Positions 49,631 to 60,010 of a DNA stretch of 64,000 nucleotides are shown here, in pieces (positions within the stretch are counted from its first letter, which is position 1; every line of letters begins with the position of its first letter). The notes beneath the pieces are model-generated. The model searched no databases. It was not told the origin of the DNA and saw nothing but the letters and a program-made list of their open reading frames with translations. The position numbers and the translations under genes were made by a program. Origin of the DNA: Octopus bimaculoides (Eukaryota); assembly GCF_001194135.2 (NCBI RefSeq), contig NC_068999.1:50177926-50241925 (forward strand). The letters are read 5' to 3'.

Positions 49631-52600
49631 AATTTAGCTGTGTGAATTGGTGTGTAGTAACGCTGTGCGCATGCGTAGTTTCACGCATGCGTGGAATTCA
49701 ACAACCAAGCTTTCCCCCGACGTCGCCAAGTTTCAACAGGACATCATTACCACCGTCAATATCATTACCACCACACATACAGAACAGCTATATTACAGTT
49801 CCTCCGCCGACGTCTTCACCATCAATGTACTGTCTACCACAATGTCGTGCGCCAACAACCCCACCACCAGGGACACACCATATAAACACACTCGGTTTTA
49901 TCTTCACTGTGGAGTGGAATTTATCCACTCACGCACAACAGTCAGAGCTAGCCGAATTGGATATTCCGTNNNNNNNNNNNNNNNNNNNNNNNNNNNNNNN
50001 NNNNNNNNNNNNNNNNNNNNNNNNNNNNNNNNNNNNNNNNNNNNNNNNNNNNNNNNNNNNNNNNNNNNNNNNNNNNNNNNNNNNNNNNNNNNNNNNNNNN
50101 NNNNNNNNNNNNNNNNNNNNNNNNNNNNNNNNNNNNNNNNNNNNNNNNNNNNNNNNNNNNNNNNNNNNNNNNNNNNNNNNNNNNNNNNNNNNNNNNNNNN
50201 NNNNNNNNNNNNNNNNNNNNNNNNNNNNNNNNNNNNNNNNNNNNNNNNNNNNNNNNNNNNNNNNNNNNNNNNNNNNNNNNNNNNNNNNNNNNNNNNNNNN
50301 NNNNNNNNNNNNNNNNNNNNNNNNNNNNNNNNNNNNNNNNNNNNNNNNNNNNNNNNNNNNNNNNNNNNNNNNNNNNNNNNNNNNNNNNNNNNNNNNNNNN
50401 NNNNNNNNNNNNNNNNNNNNNNNNNNNNNNNNNNNNNNNNNNNNNNNNNNNNNNNNNNNNNNNNNNNNNNNNNNNNNNNNNNNNNNNNNNNNNNNNNNNN
50501 NNNNNNNNNNNNNNNNNNNNNNNNNNNNNNNNNNNNNNNNNNNNNNNNNNNNNNNNNNNNNNNNNNNNNNNNNNNNNNNNNNNNNNNNNNNNNNNNNNNN
50601 NNNNNNNNNNNNNNNNNNNNNNNNNNNNNNNNNNNNNNNNNNNNNNNNNNNNNNNNNNNNNNNNNNNNNNNNNNNNNNNNNNNNNNNNNNNNNNNNNNNN
50701 NTTTCTTGCTGGCCAGCGATTGAGCAAGGACGTGTTTAGCTGCCTCTCTCCATCTTTCGAACTTACGCTAGACGGCTCGCTCACATCTACATACCAACGT
50801 CCCAACAACCATGCTCACACACACAGAAGACGTCTCAACAAACAAGAGCTAAAGATGTATATATTCCACCTTGAATAAATGTTGTTTGTGTTGATAGTCT
50901 GGAGTTCAGCGTTCCGTTAATTCTTGATTTTATATAGGAAAGTCAGGTATACATCTAATGATGTATAACCCACTTTCCACTAAAGGTGCATTAATCACTG
51001 GCATATTCAATACTGTACACTGTATCTGAATCAATTCACTAGCATTACTACCTCAGCCTTGCAAGCTCTATTGCATACATGCACATGCATCTCTATTATG
51101 CATCTACCGCCTTGTTTTGCAACACGTCTGCGCCAGCTCAATTCTTCTCCCGACTCAAAGCACGTCGGATGTTCACATGCTCTGCGCTCATGTTTAGACA
51201 TAATTTCTCCCTGTTAGACCCCCGTTTGGTCACGTAATTAACAGAGAAAATTATCTGTCTTCTGCATCACCCCAGCATGCTACACTCTCGTTCTTGCTAA
51301 CTCAGCAATTAACCACGACAACAGCACCAGACGCATTTCACACACTGCAACCCTGCAGGAAGATCTTTCGTATCACGGATTGAGAATACACGCACTCACT
51401 CGCTCACCTCAGCTTATTTGACAGACAATTTCGAAACGTGCACCTGCACTCCTGTATACGCCGTCACGCGCTTATTTGCTGTACTGCTCAGTCACTGACT
51501 GCATACATTTTGGCGCGCAAAGCGACACCGATATTCGTATTAATCTGAATAGAAAACTCCTCTCACCTGATATGCAAAATTTCTCCTCAGCGATGCGCTT
51601 CTTTTGTCTCCTTCGATCGTTCGTTTTCTTTCCCAGAACCTCACTGCCGAGGGGAGTGATGTAGTGGACCTTGCAAGCATGAAGTGGATTCGATCCACCA
51701 TAGCCAAATTTAAATTAACTGTTCAACAGAATGTTTCTCACGGTGGAACAATGGTTATTCTTTGACAGCAGTTTTACATTTGCCAGATTGCCTTAGCTAG
51801 GCCGGAATAATATCTTGACCCTTATAACTTCTTCTACTTCACCAAAAGCTAGAATAGAGATATCATAGTACCACCAACGAAGCCCATTGTTCTCAACGAT
51901 TTGTCTATCCTTCTGAATAGTTATAAAAACAAGAACCCGAAAGCAAAAGAAAGTCACTTCGGTAACAACTCAGTGAGAACGAAGTCTGGCTGACCAGCTA
52001 GAACCTTGGTCAGAGGGAGAAATGAAGTTTACTGTCAGCAACTGTAAGACAACCCTACAACTCTAGCTCTAATTCTGTTCTATTACATCATTCTATCTCT
52101 CTCTGTAATTACTACTAAACAATGAAGAGGACACAAACACTAACTTTACTTCGCATGCTTTTGGATTTATCATAACCTGCCCGTCGGACATAGTGGATAA
52201 CAGCTAGCCTTCGGCCGTACCTTTGTACCCTGTTGTGTTCACCACTCTGATTGGTTGGTATTGGCGCAATTTGTCTCTTGCTCTATTGCGCGCCAAGATG
52301 CAACCCAACCAATCGTGGGACAGTCTTTTTTGAACCCCAGTTTGAGATGACAGTATGTTATAAATAGCGAGCCTCTCACCGTCACAGTTTGTCAGTCTTT
52401 CGGCTCAAGACCTTCTGGCACCTGTACTCATCCTAACCTTTTTCCTTCCATGAACTATGTATGGAATTGTGAAGCACCCAGCAAGTGAAAATCATCATTT
52501 TCCTACAAATTTCACCCGTTACAAACGAAATACACACCGCCGATAGTTGTTGACAAACAACAGCAGTAATTTTAGCCAGCTGAATACACGTCATTGATTG

Positions 52601-53299
52601 GTTGAAATCACCGAAATACGACAACTTTAACACGAAATAACTTCGTGAATAGAATTTTTTCTAACAACGCTAAGAGTAAAAGATGTTCTATATGACACGT
52701 TCTACCAGTATACGAAGTTTCAAAGTGTTTAGTTAAAGAAAATTAATTAATCGAGCTGCCCATGAAAAGGAAAAGATCCTTTTTCTTCGTATTTCGCCAA
52801 AAATATTTCTAAAATAAGTGAAAAATCAAGAAATTAGTGTGGGGTTAAATTCGTATTAAGATTTTGAAAACGTGTTCCTAGTATGTCAGGTTTTCCATTT
52901 AGGAACTNNNNNNNNNNNNNNNNNNNNNNNNNNNNNNNNNNNNNNNNNNNNNNNNNNNNNNNNNNNNNNNNNNNNNNNNNNNNNNNNNNNNNNNNNNNNN
53001 NNNNNNNNNNNNNNNNNNNNNNNNNNNNNNNNNNNNNNNNNNNNNNNNNNNNNNNNNNNNNNNNNNNNNNNNNNNNNNNNNNNNNNNNNNNNNNNNNNNN
53101 NNNNNNNNNNNNNNNNNNNNNNNNNNNNNNNNNNNNNNNNNNNNNNNNNNNNNNNNNNNNNNNNNNNNNNNNNNNNNNNNNNNNNNNNNNNNNNNNNNNN
53201 NNNNNNNNNNNNNNNNNNNNNNNNNNNNNNNNNNNNNNNNNNNNNNNNNNNNNNNNNNNNNNAAAAAAAAAAAAAATCCTAAAGTGGGTGTGGGTCTTT

Positions 53300-53444
53300 A
53301 CCTCCGCCTCGGTTCGTCCTATCCCTCCTCCCCCTTACGTAACAGCGTTCATTAGGCGTTCTGTTGTCGGTTGGTCTTGGTTGTGCTTTGGACAGTCTTC
53401 ATACGAAGTACCTTCCAAGTCAATTCTCTTCGAAAAGATTAAAG
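53300..53444 (+). other. Unrecognised gene B, non-coding exon 1 (5' boundary approximate)
   Basis: Inverted homolog of 46548-46650; AAAG|GTAACA donor; carries 49 extra nt (53396-53444) relative to gene A. Confidence 0.55.
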
Positions 53445-53588
53445 GTAACATGTATTATCACTTTGTTATTTCTACAAAAACAGCTACATAAAAGTTTTGA
53501 GTCGTGTAGTGTGTTACTAGATACGAGTAAGTTGCACATATACACACATAATCATGTGTGTGTGTATACATACATATATATGTGCGTG

Positions 53589-53652
<64 letters not shown>

Positions 53653-53810
53653 CTGATGTGTTTGTGTAGACACTATAATATACAATTCTTCTATCTCTCA
53701 CTCACGCTGTTCATAAATCTTTTTAACTTTGATCATTTTATTTATTATTCAGTCATGTTTCCTTTTTTTTTTCCAGCGTCGGTTTTCAAACTTGTTAGAT
53801 ATATAACACA

Positions 53811-53936
53811 GGCACTATCATGCTATTAACTGTCAGAAGTGAAAGTGCTCACTGCCTGCTAGTGAAGTATCTGTCTGTGACAGACATATAGCTCGCTCCG
53901 GCCAGCACTTCTGACAGCTAATAGCATGATAGTGCC
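53811..53936. mobile_element. Merlin-type MITE (126 bp)
   Basis: 31-bp TIRs with 1 mismatch starting GGCAC; perfect 8-bp TSD ATAACACA at 53803-53810 and 53937-53944. Confidence 0.85.
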
Positions 53937-54377
53937 ATAACACAAATTCATGATTTTCAAAATATTTTCATACCCCACGAAATGATGGCTAATCAATCAA
54001 AAACACTCATTAACATTTAGTGTTATACTTGCTGTTGTTTTGGATCCGTGTGGAGTTTCTGATAATTCACACAACTCGAATTTGACGCTTAATTGTAAAA
54101 AAAAAAAAAGAAAAAAAGAAAATGGAAAAATATATACAAATTAAACGAAGTATGCAAAAAATTACGAAGATTCATTTATTTTTAAATGTTTTATACTACA
54201 AAATAAAACAAACGGAAAACGGGCACTTGCTAATATAAACACATGTTGCACGATACAAGGGGCGGTAACTTACTTTTACCGGTCAGGTATTATTAATGAT
54301 ACGAGGGGCCCGACAATATCACCAGCGAATTGTTCACAATCTTTTTTTCTTAAAATTCAGTTTATAACTAATATAGA

Positions 54378-55300
54378 ATGTCATATTTTGTGCCTGAACG
54401 TGGAATTTTTAATGTTATGACCTTATTTCGTCTCGGAAGAGATTTGGGAACAACGGAAAAGGCCATTGACTGGTGTAGAAAATTTGGATTAGTATAAAGA
54501 CAAGAAATTTGTTGAGGAGTACCTTGTGTTAATGGAAGTTATATACCCATTCAATTGATAGAATAACTTGGAGATGTACTGTTTGTCGCAAAACTATAAG
54601 CATGCAGAAAGGCTCGTTTTTTGAAAAAAGTCAGTTGGAAATCTGGCAAATAATAGCTTTTATTCATTTATGGTGCATCAGTGTTGGAAAAGAAAGAGAT
54701 CTTAGTAGTGAAGCAGGAATTGCGCAATGTGAGATAACCTCATCCACAACATATGCAGACTGGAATCAGTTCTGTCATGATGTTTGTGTAGCTCATTTTC
54801 TAAAATATCTCCCCCCCCCCAAAAAAAAAATAGGTGGTACACAGGTTATTGTGGAAATTGATGAAACAATGATGCAAAACATCAGTGAACATCAGTGGGT
54901 ATTTGGAGAACACTCCCCCTCACAAAATCTTGGTTTTTTAGTACCAGTTAAAGACCAAACTGCCGAAACATTGCTCCCAATTATCAATGAATTCATATTG
55001 TCAGGAAGCATTAAATATTCTGATAACGGAAAGCATATCAAAGTTTGTCACAAAAGACATTATATAAACATTTGACGGTAAACCATACCATTAATTTTGT
55101 TGATCCACTGTCACACTGTACCACAAACCATGTTGATTAAATGTGGTCTTCATGCAAAAACAAAATAAAATCAACTCATGAAGTACATAGTAATGATTTG
55201 GTTGATTTCTTAGCAGAATTTATGTGGAGTCAGCAATTTGGATATGAACCATTTTTCAACTTTTGGACCCAAATAGCCACTGAGTTATATGTTATATAAG
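54378..55300 (+). pseudogene. Degraded Merlin (IS1595/ISXO2-like) DDE transposase
   Basis: IGGTQVIVEIDET, WVFG, VPVKDQTAETLLPIINEFILSGSIKYSD, then a frameshifted TVNHTINFVDP...FLAEFMW; stops and frameshifts. Confidence 0.88.
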
Positions 55301-55779
55301 TTTTCTCTGTAAACTGAAAACAAAAATGAAAGTTATAAAACTTGCATACGCCTTAAACATATGTACTCTATTGTTTTATAATTATTTCTGTTGTCTATCA
55401 CATCATAAAATGGGCGAAGGTAAAGCGAGTGCACACTGACTAACCATAATGCTAAAGTTTTAGTAGACAAAAACAGGTGTCTGTATTCAGACACACATAC
55501 TTGTGTGTGGCTTTTTATGGGTATATCTTTGTGTGTGTGTGTGTGATATCTACATATATATGGCTATGATCCTAGGAGTTTTTTCTTTCTCACCTGGGTG
55601 AGGAGCATTAACCAAGGTAGTTTAGGATATTAATTCACCTTTTGAAATCTGACCTGGAAGTCGTTTTCTATAAGCAAGTCAAGGACCTAAGATTTGCTCT
55701 TGATCTTGACAACAGCATTAGAATGGCAAATGTTGAGCTGTATCTTCATCTTGAGGAAGGGATGGAAGTCCGCAGGTGC

Positions 55780-56480
55780 CAAAATGGTGAAATGGGTGGG
55801 TGCAGAAATGATGCCATGTTGTGTTTGGCAAGAAACTCACAAGTGAGGCGAGCTTGGTGACAGGATGTGTTGTCATGCAGAATCTAATTCTTTGTGCTCC
55901 ACAGATCTGTTACTTTTGTCGAACGTCCTCCCTCGAATTCTTCCAAACATCACAGTAGAACTCTCAATTGATGGTCTGGCCCTGAGGGATGAATTCATGA
56001 AGCACAATATTGTGGAAGTTGAAAAAAAAAAGATGAGCATACTCTTGATTGAGCTGCGACTCTGTCGTGCCTTCTTCAGTTGTGGAGAAGAAGGGCTCTT
56101 CCATTGTGATGACTGCCTGCATCTTGGGGTTGTATCTATAGAACCAACTATTGTCACCAGTGATGACCCTTGACATGAAAGTTGGGTCATCAGTGGCATG
56201 GAGTCTGAACAGACTTGGATGCAATGTTCTTTCTGCTCAGTAATCAACAGGCAGGGGACATGCTTGGCATAAACAGACTGCATGTTCAATTCGGATGTTA
56301 GGATTGCCTGCACAAACACATACATCACAACAACAACAACATCAGCAATGTCGTTGACTGCCCTCCAACATTCCTCATGCACAAGCTGATGAATTTTACC
56401 CACATCTCTGGGGGTGACATTTGTGGTAGGTCTTTCAGATCACTCAGCCTTCGAAGCACCTCTGCCACTAGAAACATTAT
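55780..56480 (-). mobile_element. Degraded mariner transposase
   Basis: VYAKHVPCLLITEQK, DDPTFMSRVITGDNSWFYRYNP, KKARQSRSSIKSMLIFFF, HEFIPQGQTIN across several frames. Confidence 0.88.
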
Positions 56481-56555
56481 GTACAACTCATTTGTGTTTA
56501 TTGACTTATATTGTATTTGTTTTTCCCCCCATCAGCTCATTAAAAGACCTGTGTG

Positions 56556-56589
56556 ATGGCTGGCCGTTCCTATTATTCATTTGATTCTG
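56556..56589 (+). CDS. Unrecognised gene B, first coding exon (whole exon 56536-56589), MAGRSYYSFDS
   Basis: TTTTCCCCCCATCAG acceptor; upstream in-frame TAA; ATG at 56556; GTAACT donor at 56590. Confidence 0.6.
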
Positions 56590-56828
56590 GTAACTCTTAA
56601 ATATATACATCTTCCCTTTTTTTTTCGCGTGTTTGCTTTTTTGCATCCTTCCAGCTTCCTTCCTTCCTTCTTTGCATTCATTCACTTCTTTCTTTGTTAA
56701 TTGCTGTATCTCTTCCTTCTTTGGTGCTTTTTGTCTTTTTGTTATTTTTGTTTAATTCACCATTATCTATCTTATTTCTTATTTCAAGCAGTGGTGGTGG
56801 ACAAATACAAACACACACAGATATATAT

Positions 56829-56865
<37 letters not shown>

Positions 56866-57925
56866 CACACATGTATGCACAGACACATATGTGATAGGCT
56901 ACTTTCTGCATCCATCTAATNNNNNNNNNNNNNNNNNNNNNNNNNNNNNNNNNNNNNNNNNNNNNNNNNNNNNNNNNNNNNNNNNNNNNNNNNNNNNNNN
57001 NNNNNNNNNNNNNNNNNNNNNNNNNNNNNNNNNNNNNNNNNNNNNNNNNNNNNNNNNNNNNNNNNNNNNNNNNNNNNNNNNNNNNNNNNNNNNNNNNNNN
57101 NNNNNNNNNNNNNNNNNNNNNNNNNNNNNNNNNNNNNNNNNNNNNNNNNNNNNNNNNNNNNNNNNNNNNNNNNNNNNNNNNNNNNNNNNNNNNNNNNNNN
57201 NNNNNNNNNNNNNNNNNNNNNNNNNNNNNNNNNNNNNNNNNNNNNNNNNNNNNNNNNNNNNNNNNNNNNNNNNNNNNNNNNNNNNNNNNNNNNNNNNNNN
57301 NNNNNNNNNNNNNNNNNNNNNNNNNNNNNNNNNNNNNNNNNNNNNNNNNNNNNNNNNNNNNNNNNNNNNNNNNNNNNNNNNNNNNNNNNNNNNNNNNNNN
57401 NNNNNNNNNNNNNNNNNNNNNNNNNNNNNNNNNNNNNNNNNNNNNNNNNNNNNNNNNNNNNNNNNNNNNNNNNNNNNNNNNNNNNNNNNNNNNNNNNNNN
57501 NNNNNNNNNNNNNNNNNNNNNNNNNNNNNNNNNNNNNNNNNNNNNNNNNNNNNNNNNNNNNNNNNNNNNNNNNNNNNNNNNNNNNNNNNNNNNNNNNNNN
57601 NNNNNNNNNNNNNNNNNNNNNNNNNNNNNNNNNNNNNNNNNNNNNNNNNNNNNNNNNNNNNNNNNNNNNNNNNNNNNNNNNNNNNNNNNCAGCTGAGAAT
57701 GTTTGTCAGTGGTACTTAGGGATTATTAACTCTGTGATGGATTAGCATCTCATTCAGAAAAAATGAAAATAATATTCAGAATCAAAGAAGGGTTAATGAC
57801 AGGGAGAGCATTCAGTTGTAGAAGAACCTGCCTCAATAAATCTCTGATTAATATGGAAAAAGCAGGCATTAAAATGATGATGAATATGATTCCAGTGTTT
57901 GTCAGATTCATAATTCATTTTACAG

Positions 57926-58025
57926 GACTGATCTCATTGGTACAATTGAAGTTAATGAAGAAGTGAGATATTACCGACTTGACTTGAGTAGACAGCTTGA
58001 CGAAGGTTATCGACCGACCTTAACA
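57926..58025 (+). CDS. Unrecognised gene B, 100-nt variable coding exon
   Basis: TTTTACAG acceptor and GTAAGT donor; open frame TDLIGTIEVNEEVRYYRLDLSRQLDEGYRPTLT; 18 of 33 aa identical to the gene A exon. Confidence 0.75.
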
Positions 58026-58629
58026 GTAAGTATTCTTATTATTTTTATGTTGTAGTCATGCGTGGCTGTGTAGTTAAGAAACTTGGTCAACAACATTTTG
58101 GCTTCAGGTTCAAACCAACTGTGTGGCACCTTGGGCAAATGTCTTCTTCTTTAGCTCCAGACTCTGTAGAGCAAGACTTGTGAGTGGAGTTGGTAGATGG
58201 GAAATTAATATATATATATATATATTCTTTTTAGTCATTTGACTGCGGCCATGCTGGAGCACTGCCTTTAATCAAATAAACCGACCCCAGGACTTATTCT
58301 TTGTAAACCTAGTACTTATTCTATCAGTCTCTTTTTCCAAACCGCTAAGTTACAGAGACTTATACATATCAACATTGGTTGTCAAGCAATGGTGGGAGAC
58401 AAATACAGACACACAAACACACACATATATATATACATACAAACATAAATACATACATACATACGACAGGCTTCATTCAGTTTCTGTCTACCAAATCCAC
58501 TCAAGGCTTTGGTCCATCTGAGGCTATACTAGAAGTCACTTGCCCAAGGTGCCATGCAGTGGGACTGAACTTGGAACCATGTGGTTGGTAAGCAACTAGA
58601 GGCAGGGCAGAGCAGGGTTCACCTAATTA

Positions 58630-60010
58630 GACTTAGTTGACTTTTACCCATCTATATCACAAGAGTTACTGATCAAAGTACTTTCCTTTGCTCAGGGCTT
58701 CACTGATATTAATGATAGAGACATAGATGCCATCTTACATGCCAGGAAAATAGTGCTGTTCAATAAAGGTTGACCTGGGTCAAACAGTCTGACCCCGAGG
58801 ATTCCTTCATTATGGTGATAGGAGCCTATGACAGTGCTGACATTTCTGACCTCATTAGGCTATACATTCTGAATACCTTAGGATAGAAGTTCCTTTTAGT
58901 CCTCTTTGGACTCTGGCCATCTCTACAGGAACCAATGGGCACACCCTTGATAAACTTAGAAAGGACCTGTCTAGCACCCTAGGCTCCATGGGACTCAAAA
59001 TAACAACTGACACCAACCTCACTATCGTAAACTTCATAGATGTCACACTAAACTTGGGCGCCAGTGCATACAAGCCCTACTGCAATCCAAACAAAAGGCT
59101 GCCCTACATCAACACAGCATTCTGCCACCCACCTATCATGTTCAGGAATCTAGTGAAGGGTGTCAGCAAAAATATCTTGAACTTGTCCTCAAATCAAGAA
59201 ATTTTGGCTGCTATGGCTCCCTATTACAGCGAGCCTCTAGCATACAGTAGGCTTAAGAACCACATCTCTTATATACTGAGCCCTAGCACTCACAAAAGGA
59301 AGCACCTTGGGAATGTCATTTGGTTTGACCCACCCTTCTCACTCAACGTTAAACCTTATGTGGGAAGAATGTTCCTTATGTTTTGTAGACAAGCCCTTCA
59401 CACACACGCTCGAGTATGGATGTTTGTTCAAGAGGCCTAACCTCAGAGTTTCCTTTAGTTATGCACCCAACATGGAAAGAATATTGACACACAGCCACGA
59501 GATGCAAGAGGCTGGTTGCTCATGCAAGAAATACAATGACTGCTTAGTGCAGAGACCAACATGAGGCTAAGGGAGTTGTATATGAGGTTGTGGTAGTATC
59601 CAGCACTAACAACTAGAGCAATAGCAGCAGAATTAACAGCACCAACAATAGCCATGACACCTCCAGCAACAGTAGCAGCAACATCAACACTGTGGCTGAA
59701 GGTGGCTACTACAATAGCAATGACAACAGCAGCATTGCCGGACTCATACCCCTGTGATAACAACACTGATGGTAAATCCAACAACAGCAACAACTTCTTC
59801 ACACCCAGGCAATGGAGAAAACATGAGAGGCAATAACAGCTAAAACTCAGGTTCAGAGATACATTGGCTTGGCTAGAACTACCTTTAAGTGACACCTGTA
59901 CAACCACAGGTCCTCTTTTAGGGTCCCAGAAAAACATTACATTATGTCATTGGCCATCCATGTATGGTACCTTGAGGATGAAGGAATTTCATACGAAATT
60001 AAATGGAGGA
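58630..60010 (+). mobile_element. Degraded Penelope-like element (RT plus GIY-YIG endonuclease)
   Basis: DFYPSI..., VNFIDVTLNL...YKPY...YINTAFCHPP, VIWFDPPFS, CSC/C linker, then YIGLARTTFK*HLYNHRSSF...WYLEDEGISYEIKWRII. Confidence 0.85.

Noticed and set aside
47800-51650. Possible decayed Gypsy LTR element (protease-like DVSYLP, LTR-like AATAAA region near 50875)
   Set aside because: Motifs too weak, and paired LTRs, PBS or TSD could not be shown because of the 732-N gap; not listed as a feature.
986-57745. Long ORF-track entries made of X runs (e.g. 11381-12310, 43232-44317, 49570-50739, 56891-57745)
   Set aside because: They are artefacts of translating N gaps, not coding evidence.
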